Positions 47,074 to 57,273 are shown, counted from the first letter of the stretch. The stretch: 64,000 bases of DNA from Candidatus Lustribacter sp. (GCA_965277805.1 OZ255842.1:5248001-5312000), one strand, 5' to 3'. Numbers and translations are program-made. Notes: generated by a model from the sequence alone, not told the origin.

Positions 47074-47861
47074 CCGACGCCCTGGTAGCGCTGCAGCCCT
47101 AAACGCCAGAACAGGTAGGCAACGATCAGGAAGACGACGCCGATCAGCGGCGTGAGCATCCCGACCGCGAGCGGGAGGCCTAAGCCGTTGTCCGTCTTGT
47201 GCAAGAAGTACGATGCCGGGAAGTAGTTCATGAATCCGAACGGGATCACGAACGCCAGCAGCAGCCGAACGCCTTTGCCGTAGATGCTGAGCGGATAGCG
47301 CGTGAACTCTTGCTCCAGTTGCAACACGATCCAGCGCAGCGCGTCGACCTGCACGAACCAGAACGCGACGGTCGAGATCAGCAGCGCGATGCTCAGGTCG
47401 ATCAGCGCGCCGCCGGTCACAACGAGCGCGATCAGCGCCACGAAACCGGCCGTTACCGCCAGGTGATTGGCCGCGATCGCCACCACGAGGAACGCGATCG
47501 CGAGGACGAGCTCGTCGGGAAAGATCGCGCCGGGGGTAGAGATCACCTGAAAGAGTTCGTCGAGCGGGCGCACCAGCAGCCGGTCGAACTCGCCGTCGCG
47601 AATCCACTGCGGGATCTCGCCGACGGTCGAAAAGAACGTTGCGTTGAGCGCGTGGGCCGTCATCCACAGCCCGTAGAGAAACGCCATGTTGCGAAAGTCC
47701 CAGCCGTTCATCGACGGGAACGTCGTCAGCATCACCCACAACGCCGCAATCGCGGTCGCGTGGTAGACGATCGTGAAGCCGAACCACAGCAGAAAGTTCG
47801 TGCGGTATTCGAGCGTCGTGAGCAAGTTGATGCGCCAGTACTGGCGATAGACTTCTCGCAT
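47067..47861 (-). CDS. ABC-2 family permease (DUF990-like)
   Basis: YRTNF, IRDGEFDRLLVRP, YPLSIY, IPFGFMNYFP, RYQGVG. Confidence 0.88.
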   Translation of the reverse strand: MREVYRQYWRINLLTTLEYRTNFLLWFGFTIVYHATAIAALWVMLTTFPSMNGWDFRNMAFLYGLWMTAHALNATFFSTVGEIPQWIRDGEFDRLLVRPLDELFQVISTPGAIFPDELVLAIAFLVVAIAANHLAVTAGFVALIALVVTGGALIDLSIALLISTVAFWFVQVDALRWIVLQLEQEFTRYPLSIYGKGVRLLLAFVIPFGFMNYFPASYFLHKTDNGLGLPLAVGMLTPLIGVVFLIVAYLFWRLGLQRYQGVGH

Positions 47862-48658
47862 CAGCCGCCCTGCACGATCACGCGCCGGGCGCCCGCGCGC
47901 CAGATCACGGTCGCGATCAACGCAAGCACGGCGATCCAAAGCACCTGCAGGCTCATGTATTGAACGTACTGTTCGGGCTTGATTTGGCCGATGTAAATCA
48001 GCAGCGGCGTCGAAAACATCGAGGCGAACGGCAGCGCCACGATCGCTTGCTGGATGCCGGCCGGAAAGAACAGCAGCGGCACGATGCCGCCGCCGAGCAG
48101 ATCGGTCACCCAGGTGAGCATCAGCTGTACGGCGCTGATCTCGAGCGTCCAGAACGCGATGCAATTCAGGGTGAAGTTCAGGAAGAAGCCAACGAAGTAC
48201 GCGAGGAAAAAGCTGACGAGGAAGGCACCGAAGACCGCCGCGCTCGGCACGTCGATGTGGACGATCAAGAGCGCGAGCGCGAGCGACGGCACGATCAGCG
48301 CGGCGTGGAAGAGCACTTCGCCCGTGCCGTCGGCGAAGAGGTAGAGCGGAACGCTGATCGGTTTCATGAAGTCGACCACGATGCTGCCGTCGTGCAGCTT
48401 GTCGTGCAAGAGGCTCGTCTGATCGATGTCGAGGATCATGCCCATCAACAGCGCGACGGCCGAATACGTGATGATCGCGTGCAGCGGGACGCCGTGGGGC
48501 GCCGCGTTGCGCGCGTAGAGTGCCACCCACACGACGCGCAGCAGGTAGACGCGCACGGCGAGCGAGCCGATGCTGGTGAAAACTTCGAAGCGATAGGTCG
48601 CTTCGCGCGCGATCGCCTTCAGCATGAATTGGAAGTACGGTTCGAGCGCGAGCAGCAT
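47861..48658 (-). CDS. ABC-2 family permease (DUF990-like)
   Basis: DGSIVVDFMKP, GGIVPLLFFP, C-terminal VQGG. Confidence 0.88.
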   Translation of the reverse strand: MLLALEPYFQFMLKAIAREATYRFEVFTSIGSLAVRVYLLRVVWVALYARNAAPHGVPLHAIITYSAVALLMGMILDIDQTSLLHDKLHDGSIVVDFMKPISVPLYLFADGTGEVLFHAALIVPSLALALLIVHIDVPSAAVFGAFLVSFFLAYFVGFFLNFTLNCIAFWTLEISAVQLMLTWVTDLLGGGIVPLLFFPAGIQQAIVALPFASMFSTPLLIYIGQIKPEQYVQYMSLQVLWIAVLALIATVIWRAGARRVIVQGG

Positions 48659-49668
48659 CAGGCTTCCGGCACGTGGGCGGGCGGCTTGGCGTAGCCCTCG
48701 AGATAGAGCCGGCGCACGATTTCTTCCATCTCCGGTTCGACGATGGCGACGTCGGTGATCGCGTAGCGTTCGGTTACGCGGCGAATCAGCGCTTCGGCCG
48801 TGGTCGCGCGGCGATCGAAACGAAGCCAGACGATCGGCGCCTCGCGGTGTTCGATTTCGACGCCGGGCAGCGTGAAGCCGGGCTGCGGGTCTTTGAAGTG
48901 AACGACGAGCGTGCGGTGGGTACCGTACTCATCACGCAAACGTTCGAGCTTGCCGTCGTAGATCACCGTGCCCTCATCGATGAGGACGATGCGCTTGCAG
49001 AGGCGCTCGACATCGGCGAGATCGTGGGTCGTGAGGATCACCGTGGTACCGAGCCGTTTGTTGATGTCGGCGATGAATGCACGGATCGCTTCTTTGGCCA
49101 CCACGTCCAGTCCGATCGTCGGCTCGTCGAGGTAGACGATCTTCGGATCGTGCAGCAGAGCCGCGGCGAAGTCGCCGCGCATACGCTCGCCAAGCGAGAG
49201 CTGACGCACCGGCGTTGCCATGAACCGGTCGAGATCGAGGATCTCGACGAAGTGCGCGAGGTTCTCGCGGTAGCGGTCGCGCGGCACGCGGTAGATCGCG
49301 CGCAGCAGTTCGAACGACTCGCGCAGCGGCAGATCCCAATACAGCTGGCTGCGCTGGCCGAATACGACCCCGATGTTGCGGGCGTTCTGGCGGCGCTTCT
49401 CGTGGGGCACGATGCCGGCCACCTCGATCGAGCCGGAGGTCGGGACGAGGATCCCGGTCAGCATTTTGATCGTGGTCGACTTGCCCGCCCCATTGGGACC
49501 GATGTAGCCGACCACCTCGCCTTGCTCGACGGACATGCTCACGTCCTCAACGGCGACTTTTTCCTCGTACTCCCGCGAGAAAAGCGCCCCGATGGCTCCC
49601 CCCAGACCCTCGCCGCGGACAACCGAGCGGAACGTTTTCCGCAGAGCCCGCGTTTCGATGATTGGCAT
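48658..49668 (-). CDS. ABC transporter ATP-binding protein
   Basis: GPNGAGKST, LSLGERMR, YLDEPTIGLD, TTHD. Confidence 0.93.
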   Translation of the reverse strand: MPIIETRALRKTFRSVVRGEGLGGAIGALFSREYEEKVAVEDVSMSVEQGEVVGYIGPNGAGKSTTIKMLTGILVPTSGSIEVAGIVPHEKRRQNARNIGVVFGQRSQLYWDLPLRESFELLRAIYRVPRDRYRENLAHFVEILDLDRFMATPVRQLSLGERMRGDFAAALLHDPKIVYLDEPTIGLDVVAKEAIRAFIADINKRLGTTVILTTHDLADVERLCKRIVLIDEGTVIYDGKLERLRDEYGTHRTLVVHFKDPQPGFTLPGVEIEHREAPIVWLRFDRRATTAEALIRRVTERYAITDVAIVEPEMEEIVRRLYLEGYAKPPAHVPEA

Positions 49669-49845
49669 CAGGGAGCGATTCCCTGAGGCGGCGAAGCCTC
49701 CCGGCACACCGGCTCACCGTTTGTGTCCGGTTCCTTTTCTACGGAAAAGGTCCGGGTTGCGCGGCAGAGAAGCGACGCCGAGGGAACTTTCGTTCTTTGA
49801 GCGGAGGACTTCGCGACATTATTTACCGGAAGGGGGTGAGGTTCC

Positions 49846-49908
49846 ATGGCCGCTAAGAAAAAAGCAATGAAGAAAAAGACGATGAAGAAGACCCCGAAAA
49901 AGAAGTAA
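49846..49908 (+). CDS. 20-aa Lys-rich micro-protein MAAKKKAMKKKTMKKTPKKK
   Basis: GAAGGGGGTGA RBS upstream, ATG..TAA frame and a downstream intrinsic terminator; below the ORF-track size cutoff. Confidence 0.7.
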   Translation: MAAKKKAMKKKTMKKTPKKK

Positions 49909-49943
49909 ATACCGATCCGTTTTTTAGCTCTTATTCGAGAACC

Positions 49944-49975
49944 GAGCACGTGGCGTAAGCCGCGTGCTCATTTTT
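49944..49975 (+). terminator. Intrinsic terminator, possibly bidirectional
   Basis: GAGCACGTGGC-GTAA-GCCGCGTGCTC followed by ATTTTT. Confidence 0.75.
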
Positions 49976-51135
49976 CATTTGCCGCGGCCGACCATCGAGC
50001 GGGCGATCACGATGCGCTGGATCTGCTGAGTTCCCTCGTAAATTTGCGTAATTTTGGCGTCGCGCATCATTCGCTCCACGGGGTATTCGGTTGAATAGCC
50101 AAACCCGCCGAGTAACTGCACGGCATCCGTCGTAACGCTCATCGCTACATCGCCGCATTTGAGCTTTGCGATCGCCGACCACGTCGTGAGATCGTCGTCG
50201 CCGGCGTCGCACTTGCGCGCCGCTTCGTAGAGCAAGAGCCGGGCCGCCTCGACCTCGGTCTTCATGTCGGCCAGCATGAATTGCAGGCCCTGTTGCTGTG
50301 AGAGCGGCTTGCCGAAGGCGACCCGTCCCTTGAGGTACTCGGTCGCGTATTCGAGCGCGCCGGTGGCGATGCCGAGCGCTTGCGCCGCGATGCCGGGGCG
50401 CGATTTGTCGAGCACTTTCATGGCGATCTTGAAGCCGCCCCCTTCGGGGCCGAGCATGTTCGCGGCCGGCACGCGGCACTCGGTGAAGACGAGTTCGACC
50501 GTCGGCGAACCCCGGATGCCCATCTTTTTCTCGAGCTTCCCGACCGCGAAGCCCGGCGTGCCCCTCTCGACGACGAACGCGCTGATGCCGTTCGCGCCTT
50601 TCTCGGGATCGGTGACGGCGAAGACGGTCACGATGTCGGCGATGCTGCCCTGGGTGATCCAGATCTTCGTTCCGTCGAGCACGTAGTCGTCGCCGTCGCG
50701 GCCCGCACGCATGCGCATCGAGCCGGCCGCGTCGGAGCCTGAGCCCGCCTCGGTGAGCGCATACGCCGCCACCCATTCACCGCTCGCGAGTTTGGGCACG
50801 AAGCGCTGCTTTTGTTCTTCGCTGCCGCCGATGAGGATCGGCAGCGCGCCCAGCTCTTGCACGGCGATGATTAGGGCGCTCGACGCGCACGCCTTCGCCA
50901 CTTCTTCGACGACCTTAACGTAGGTCGCGAACGTGCCGCCGAGGCCGCCGTATTCCACCGGAAACGGAATCCCGAAGAGGTCGTTCTGCGCGAACAGCTT
51001 CTGGATGTCCCACGGGAACTCGCCGGTCGCATCGATCTCGGCCGCACGCGGTGCAACCTTCTCGCGCACGAGCTCGCGCACGGCATCGAGGATTAGCGCC
51101 TCCTCGTCGTCGTTCGGACCGCTGGTTAGTGCCAT
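49975..51135 (-). CDS. Acyl-CoA dehydrogenase
   Basis: ALTEAGSGSD, GTKIWIT, KMGIRGSPT, GRVAFGKP, MRDAKITQIYEGT. Confidence 0.93.
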   Translation of the reverse strand: MALTSGPNDDEEALILDAVRELVREKVAPRAAEIDATGEFPWDIQKLFAQNDLFGIPFPVEYGGLGGTFATYVKVVEEVAKACASSALIIAVQELGALPILIGGSEEQKQRFVPKLASGEWVAAYALTEAGSGSDAAGSMRMRAGRDGDDYVLDGTKIWITQGSIADIVTVFAVTDPEKGANGISAFVVERGTPGFAVGKLEKKMGIRGSPTVELVFTECRVPAANMLGPEGGGFKIAMKVLDKSRPGIAAQALGIATGALEYATEYLKGRVAFGKPLSQQQGLQFMLADMKTEVEAARLLLYEAARKCDAGDDDLTTWSAIAKLKCGDVAMSVTTDAVQLLGGFGYSTEYPVERMMRDAKITQIYEGTQQIQRIVIARSMVGRGK

Positions 51136-51288
51136 GCCCGCGTCGATTCGACCGTCAGCTTGCGCCGGCATGCCGTAAGGAGGGCAAGCATGCCAGCGTT
51201 AGTGTATAAACAAATCGAGCTTGAGAACCGAAGGGCTCTTAAAGCATGCACGGGGGGTGAGGGTGCTCCCTGCGGATAGGGTTCCAAC

Positions 51289-53931
51289 GTGACAGCTTTC
51301 GTCGGGTGGCGATCTGTTTTTGCTACGCTCGCGGCTCTGACCGTCGTTACGGGGCTCGGGTTAGCTTTCGCGCGGGGGCATAACGAAACGGTCAACGCGT
51401 TCGTGCCCGCGACCCTGTTTTTGGCGGCGCTGTTCGATTTCGCGACGTTTGCGATTTTAACGGCGTCGGAGCGCGTCGACGACGATCGGCCCAACCTGAT
51501 CCTCGCCGCCGCATTCATGGCAGCGGGCACATTTGCGCTCGTGAGTCTCGCGGTCGTCCCACCGCTTCCGGGCGTCCCGGCGCTGGTACCGGCGCCGGCG
51601 GGCTTTTCGCTGTGGATCTACTGGCTCGGCCACACCTACGTCGGCATCGCCGCACTCGTTTACGCCCAACTCCGTTCCATCGGACCCCGCCACCGCGACG
51701 CGCGCTTTACCAGTGCCGTAGCTGCGGGCGCCTTGGCTCTGTTCGCGGCCGCTGTGGCCGCGGCACTCACCGGCAGCGCGCTCGCACCCCTCGGAGCGTT
51801 GTTCGCCGCTCTCCTAGCAGGGGCGGTCTGCGCCGCGGGATGCGTCCGCCTGGCCTTGCTGCCGGAAAAGAACGCCGTCGAACGCGCGGTCGCAACGATG
51901 CTGTTGGCCATGACGCTCGACGTTGGAGTCGCGTGGGTGGCCGGCCATCGATTCACGTTTGGCTGGAGCGCGTCGCGGGTGTTGCTGCTTTTGGGCTCGG
52001 CCCTCGTCTTCTCTGCCGTGCTGCGGCGGCTCCTCGCCGAGCACGCACGCCTGCGGGACGTCGAGCAGGCGTTCGCGTCTGCGAGCCGCCGCGCAGCGCG
52101 TATTCGCGCGCTGTGGCATGTGTCGTCGAGCGACGCGCTCAACGATGCCGAGCACCTGCAGGCCGTCCTCGATGCCGGCCGCACTGCACTGCGCGTCGAT
52201 CACCCGATTTTCGGCATGATCTACCAAATCGAAGGTGACGAGGTCGTCGTGAACGCGATCTCCTGGTCGGGAGATGCCGAAGCGCATGCGGCGGCGCTGG
52301 CGGTCTTCGCTCCTTCCGTGCGCTTCCCGATCGGTCAAACGGCAGCGACGGAGCTCGTTTCGAGCGGCCGCACGCGTCACTGGAACGACATCGATCCACA
52401 CGATCCGCCATCCGGGTTGATCGGATTCGCGCAATGGACGAACGTTGTCGCCGCCACGTTCCAGATTGGGCGCGTAACGTATATTCTCGCGTTTGGAACG
52501 AGCGTTCCACTCGCGTCCGAGCCGTTCGCTGAAGACGATCTCGCCTTCGTCGACGTACTCGCATCGCAACTCTCGCATCGTTTCTATGAACGCGAGCAGC
52601 TGGCGCGGATTCGCTACCAAATGGAGCACGACGCGCTTACGGGCCTGTGTAATCGGACCGAGTTCCGTAAAGCAGTACGCGAACGGGTAAGCGCCGGGAG
52701 CCCGTTTGCCGTAGTTATGCTCGACTTAGACGGCTTTCGCTTTATCAACGAGACTGCCGGCCATCTCATTGGTGACGAGATTTTGGTTGAAGTCGCGGCA
52801 ACGCTCTCCGGCTTGCGCGAAGGCGACGTCGTGGCGCGTTTGGCCGGCGACGATTTCGGCATCGTCATGAATGACATCGGGAAGAACGGCACGCTCGCCG
52901 CCGGACTGCAGCGCTACGCAGCGGTGTTCGACCGTCCGTTTCATACCGGCGATCGCGAAGGGAAACGCTTCCTGCCGGTTGCGGCCTCGATCGGAGCAGC
53001 GGTCTTTCCCAACGACGGGAAGACGGTAGACGACTTGGTGCGATGCGCCGACGTTGCGCTCGATGCCGCAAAGCAGCGCGGCGGGGGAACGACGGTTCTC
53101 TATGCCGATTCGATGGCGGCGACGAGCAACGACCTCTACCGGTTCCGGGGCGAACTGGTGGAGGCGTTTCAAACCGACGCCTTCATTTTGGAATACCAAC
53201 CGACGTTCGATCTGAGCACTGGCCGTACGGTGGGAGCAGAAGCACTAGTACGCTGGGATCATCCGCGGCGGGGCCGGCTACAACCGGCGGAGTTCGTCGA
53301 GTTCGCGGAGCGGTCGGGGCTCGGCGGCCGTCTCGCACGATGGGTGCTGAGACGGGTGTGCGATGACCTGGGACCACTCGAACTGCCGCCGGGATTCCGG
53401 TGCTATTTTAACCTCCCGGCGCATCTCTTGGACGATCCGGCGTTTTTAACCGAGTTGGAAACCCAGCTCGAGGGCGTTCCGAGCCTGGCGCGGCATCTCG
53501 GGGTCGAGATCACCGAGAGCGAAGCGATGCAAAACGCGGAGCGAACCGTTCAGGCACTGCGGAACATCCAGGAAATCGGCCTACGAGTCGCGATCGACGA
53601 TTTCGGTACGGGCTACTCGTCGATGGCGTATCTCAAGCGTTTTCCGATCGACGTCGTCAAGATCGACCGCTCGTTCATATCCGGTTTACCGGACGACGAG
53701 AAGGACGCCGCTCTCGACGAGATGTTTCTTCAGCTGACTCGGCAATTCGGATTCGTGAGTCTGGCTGAAGGCATCGAAACCGAGAACCAAGCGGCTTGGC
53801 TGCGCGGTCACGGATGCATGCTCGGGCAAGGCTTCCTCATGTCTCGGCCGCTGCCGGTCGAGGCCTTTGTAAACCACATGCAAGCCGAGAAAATGCTCGA
53901 TTCGCTTTCGATCGAGTCGGCAACGTTATAG
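51289..53931 (+). CDS. Membrane sensor-GAF-GGDEF-EAL protein
   Basis: About seven N-terminal TM helices; HDALTGLCNR, RLAGDDF (variant GGDEF), EALVRW, EITES, DDFGTGYSS, AEGIE. Confidence 0.92.
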   Translation: MTAFVGWRSVFATLAALTVVTGLGLAFARGHNETVNAFVPATLFLAALFDFATFAILTASERVDDDRPNLILAAAFMAAGTFALVSLAVVPPLPGVPALVPAPAGFSLWIYWLGHTYVGIAALVYAQLRSIGPRHRDARFTSAVAAGALALFAAAVAAALTGSALAPLGALFAALLAGAVCAAGCVRLALLPEKNAVERAVATMLLAMTLDVGVAWVAGHRFTFGWSASRVLLLLGSALVFSAVLRRLLAEHARLRDVEQAFASASRRAARIRALWHVSSSDALNDAEHLQAVLDAGRTALRVDHPIFGMIYQIEGDEVVVNAISWSGDAEAHAAALAVFAPSVRFPIGQTAATELVSSGRTRHWNDIDPHDPPSGLIGFAQWTNVVAATFQIGRVTYILAFGTSVPLASEPFAEDDLAFVDVLASQLSHRFYEREQLARIRYQMEHDALTGLCNRTEFRKAVRERVSAGSPFAVVMLDLDGFRFINETAGHLIGDEILVEVAATLSGLREGDVVARLAGDDFGIVMNDIGKNGTLAAGLQRYAAVFDRPFHTGDREGKRFLPVAASIGAAVFPNDGKTVDDLVRCADVALDAAKQRGGGTTVLYADSMAATSNDLYRFRGELVEAFQTDAFILEYQPTFDLSTGRTVGAEALVRWDHPRRGRLQPAEFVEFAERSGLGGRLARWVLRRVCDDLGPLELPPGFRCYFNLPAHLLDDPAFLTELETQLEGVPSLARHLGVEITESEAMQNAERTVQALRNIQEIGLRVAIDDFGTGYSSMAYLKRFPIDVVKIDRSFISGLPDDEKDAALDEMFLQLTRQFGFVSLAEGIETENQAAWLRGHGCMLGQGFLMSRPLPVEAFVNHMQAEKMLDSLSIESATL

Positions 53932-53955
53932 GGAGCTAATTTCGGAGCAACGACG

Positions 53956-54240
53956 ATGTCTTCAAGCGAGAGACGTTTTCAGCTGTTCATTTCCGGGCGT
54001 TCGCCGAATTCGCAATCGGCGGTCGCCAACATTCGGCGCACGATGCAACGTGCAAAGTTCGCGTCGATCGAACTCGAGACGATCGACGTCAACCAGCGTC
54101 CCGAACTCGCCGAGGACGCCCACGTCGTCCGAACGCCGACGCTGATCTGTTACGAAGGCGCAGTGGAGCGCCGGCTGATCGGCGACTTGAGTTCGGAGGC
54201 GGAGCTCATGTCCTTTTTGGAGGGCGATGAGGCCGGCTAG
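53956..54240 (+). CDS. KaiB-like protein
   Basis: [26 protein letters not shown] and RRLIGDLS match the KaiB pattern. Confidence 0.85.
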   Translation: MSSSERRFQLFISGRSPNSQSAVANIRRTMQRAKFASIELETIDVNQRPELAEDAHVVRTPTLICYEGAVERRLIGDLSSEAELMSFLEGDEAG

Positions 54241-54905
54241 ATACCGTCCGGAACGCTCATCACGATCGGCGTGCCGGGGACGGTCAGCTTCGCGCCGGTC
54301 GCCGCGCGTACGTCGTCGACGCTGACGCCGGGCGCGACTTCGCGCAGCACGAGGCCGTCCGGCGTGATGTCGATCAGCGCGAGGTCGGTCGCGATCTGCT
54401 GCACGACGCCCTTCCCCGTAAGCGGCAGGTCGCAGCGCTCGAGGATCTTGTGCGCGCCGCCTTTTGCGGTATGCTCCATCATCACGATCACGCGCTTCGC
54501 ACCGTGCACGAGATCCATCGCGCCGCCCATGCCCTTGACGACTTTGCCCGGGATGACCCAATTTGCCAAGTCGCCGTTGCTCGCAACCTGCATCGCACCC
54601 AATACGGCGATGTCGACTTTGCCGCCGCGGATCATGCCGAATGATGTGGCCGAATCGAAGAACGACGCGCCCGGCAGCACGGTCACGGTTTCCTTGCCGG
54701 CATTGATCAAATCGGGATCTTCCTCGCCCGCGTACGGGTAGGGGCCGAAGCCGAGAATACCGTTCTCGCTCTGCAGTACCACGGTAACGCCGGCCGGAAT
54801 GTAATTCGGAATCAGCGTCGGCAAACCGATGCCTAGGTTGACGTAGGCACCGTCGCGCAGTTCGCGCGCCACGCGCGCGGCGAGTTGGTTTCGCGTGAGC
54901 GCCAC
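54237..54905 (-). CDS. scoB: 3-oxoacid CoA-transferase subunit B
   Basis: [24 protein letters not shown]. Confidence 0.93.
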   Translation of the reverse strand: MALTRNQLAARVARELRDGAYVNLGIGLPTLIPNYIPAGVTVVLQSENGILGFGPYPYAGEEDPDLINAGKETVTVLPGASFFDSATSFGMIRGGKVDIAVLGAMQVASNGDLANWVIPGKVVKGMGGAMDLVHGAKRVIVMMEHTAKGGAHKILERCDLPLTGKGVVQQIATDLALIDITPDGLVLREVAPGVSVDDVRAATGAKLTVPGTPIVMSVPDGI

Positions 54906-54906
54906 G

Positions 54907-55677
54907 CTATGCTCCTTGGCTCTGGCCGGGACGGGGGCGCGTCGTGACGCGCTCGATGCTCTTGCCGGCGCTGCCCACTTCCACGACGCGCTGGATGAAG
55001 ATGCCGGGCAGATGCACCGCTTCGGGATCGATCTCGCCCGGCTCGACGAGCTGCTCGACTTCCGCGATCGCGATCTTCCCGGCCATCGCGCACAGCGGGT
55101 TGAAGTTGCGCGTGGCTTTGTGAAACACGAGGTTGCCGTGACGGTCGCCGATGCTGGCCCGCACGAGCGCGAAGTCGCAGACGATGCCCTCTTCGAGCAC
55201 GTACTCACGGCCGTCGAAGACGCGCGTTTCTTTCTTCGGCGACGCCACCGCGACGCTGCCGCCGGAACCGTAGCGCCACGGCAAGCCGCCGTCAGCGACC
55301 AGCGTGCCGACGCCGGCCGGCGTGTAGAACGCCGGAATGCCCGAACCGCCGGCGCGCATGCGTTCGGCGAGCGTGCCTTGCGGCACGAGTTCGACTTCGA
55401 TTTCCCCGCCCAGATACTGGCGTTCGAACTCTTTGTTCTCGCCGACGTACGAACTGATCGTGCGGCGAATGCGCTTTGCGCCGAGCAGTACCCCGAGGCC
55501 CTTGCCGTCGACGCCGCAGTTGTTCGACACCGTGACGAAATCGGTCGCACCGGTTGCGTAGAGGGCCTCGATCAGGTTGAACGGGATGCCGTTTAGTCCG
55601 AATCCGCCCACGGCGAGCGAAGCGCCGCTGGGGATATCCCGCACCGCTTCGGCGCACGTTGCAATGACCTTGTCCAT
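54907..55677 (-). CDS. scoA: 3-oxoacid CoA-transferase subunit A
   Basis: [35 protein letters not shown]. Confidence 0.93.
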   Translation of the reverse strand: MDKVIATCAEAVRDIPSGASLAVGGFGLNGIPFNLIEALYATGATDFVTVSNNCGVDGKGLGVLLGAKRIRRTISSYVGENKEFERQYLGGEIEVELVPQGTLAERMRAGGSGIPAFYTPAGVGTLVADGGLPWRYGSGGSVAVASPKKETRVFDGREYVLEEGIVCDFALVRASIGDRHGNLVFHKATRNFNPLCAMAGKIAIAEVEQLVEPGEIDPEAVHLPGIFIQRVVEVGSAGKSIERVTTRPRPGQSQGA

Positions 55678-55689
55678 ATCACGCGACCT

Positions 55690-57273
55690 TCAACGCAACG
55701 CGATCGACATCCGGTCGAGCCGCCATGCGGCAAATCCGGCTAAGACGGCGGCTTCGAGCAACGTCGCCGCGCCGGCCACGAGCAGCGCGACCGTGACGGT
55801 GTGTTCGAAAATCCCGAACACCAAGCCCGCCGCCAGCGGCGGGAGGATCAGCACGTACCCGAGCAGCAGGCGCACGAACAGCAACGGGCCGCGCTGATCG
55901 ATGTCGTTCGGCAGCAACGCGTAGGATGCGTAACCGATCGCGCCGGCCAGCAAGATCGTGCACGGTCCGATCACGAGCGCGGCGACGACGAGCGGCACGC
56001 CGCCGCGTCCGGCCGCAAGTCCGATTCCCGCGAGCACGCACCAGCCGATCAGCCGCCAGCCTTGCGCGAAGCCGAGCGCGCACAAACGTTCGAACAGCGT
56101 CGCATCCGAAAGCCAAAAGAGCGGCCGGCGCAGCTCGGCTGCGAGCGACGCCGCGCGCATCACGGCCAGGATGAACACGATGTTCACCAGCGGCGACGCG
56201 AAGGCGATCAGCGTTTCCGGGCTGTTCGAGCGCACGAGCAACGCGATCGCGTAACCGCCGAAGAGCGCGAGCGCCGTTTCGATGCTCGTCGAACGCACGC
56301 TGGTGGTGCGGCGGTATTCGGTCCAGGCCCGCCAGATGAAGATCGCGACGCCGCCCGGCGCTCCGCGCACGGTCGACTCCACCCGCACGGTGGGCGGCGC
56401 CGGCGGTGTGCGCATCGCCCAGCCGAACGGCCGCGAACGCAACCGCTCGGTGCGCGCGAAGCGCTTCATCGACAGCTCGTAGAGCTCGGGATACGCGTCG
56501 CGCGCGGCGTGGGCGACGTAGGTGAACAGCACCGCGGTGGCAACGAGCAGCAGCGCGATCGCGGCGCCCCCTTCACGCCCTCCGGCGGCCAGAATCGTGC
56601 CCGGCTGCCAGGCCGGCAGGCCGCGCGCGAACGCGACCGCTCCCGGCACGCTCGCGAAAAACGTATCGGCGGCATCGCGGACGATGACCAGCACGCCGGC
56701 AGCGATGCACGCTGCGCCCGCAGCGATCGCAAGCGGGATCACGCGCGGCGGAAGAAGCTGGCGCGCCAGAGGCACCGCCGCGATGAACGCGAGCGCGACG
56801 CAGAGCAGCACGAGGTCGCGCACGAGGGCGGCTGCCGGCAGCGCGGACGGCAGATAGACCACGGCGATGTACAGGAGCCCGATCGCTTGGCGCGCGCCGC
56901 CGCGTACGATCTGCCGCGTCTGCACGTAGAGCGTCGCGATGAACGGCTCGGCCGGGGAGTCGATGATGAACCGGGCCTCGGCCGGATGGGCGAAGAGACC
57001 GGCGTAGCGATCGCCGAACGCGAGGACCGCACCGAAAGCCAAGATGATGATGCTGACGATCGTATCGAGGACGGAGCGATTGCCGATCAAAGGTCCGTGG
57101 CCGGCGATGCCGTTGGCGTGCGCGGCGTTGAAGATGCGCAATCCGATCAGTGCGGCGACCAGCGCCGCGAACAGCAGCCAGATGAGCGCGCGCGCCGGCG
57201 ACTGCCGGATCTCGCGCAGCTGGTTCACGAACGATCGCACATCCGCGTAGAACAGCGCGCGCAGCGTCGTCAT
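55690..57273 (-). CDS. Putative ABC exporter membrane subunit
   Basis: Many TM helices; ATGA-coupled to the ABC ATPase gene. Confidence 0.75.
   Translation of the reverse strand: MTTLRALFYADVRSFVNQLREIRQSPARALIWLLFAALVAALIGLRIFNAAHANGIAGHGPLIGNRSVLDTIVSIIILAFGAVLAFGDRYAGLFAHPAEARFIIDSPAEPFIATLYVQTRQIVRGGARQAIGLLYIAVVYLPSALPAAALVRDLVLLCVALAFIAAVPLARQLLPPRVIPLAIAAGAACIAAGVLVIVRDAADTFFASVPGAVAFARGLPAWQPGTILAAGGREGGAAIALLLVATAVLFTYVAHAARDAYPELYELSMKRFARTERLRSRPFGWAMRTPPAPPTVRVESTVRGAPGGVAIFIWRAWTEYRRTTSVRSTSIETALALFGGYAIALLVRSNSPETLIAFASPLVNIVFILAVMRAASLAAELRRPLFWLSDATLFERLCALGFAQGWRLIGWCVLAGIGLAAGRGGVPLVVAALVIGPCTILLAGAIGYASYALLPNDIDQRGPLLFVRLLLGYVLILPPLAAGLVFGIFEHTVTVALLVAGAATLLEAAVLAGFAAWRLDRMSIALR

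Noticed and set aside
49668-49949. 93-aa minus-strand ORF with a Phe-rich stretch
   Set aside because: It is the antisense of the Lys-rich micro-gene, whose RBS and terminator favour the + strand.
51136-51288. c-di-GMP riboswitch upstream of the GGDEF-EAL gene
   Set aside because: No recognisable GEMM consensus by eye; an Rfam scan would be decisive.
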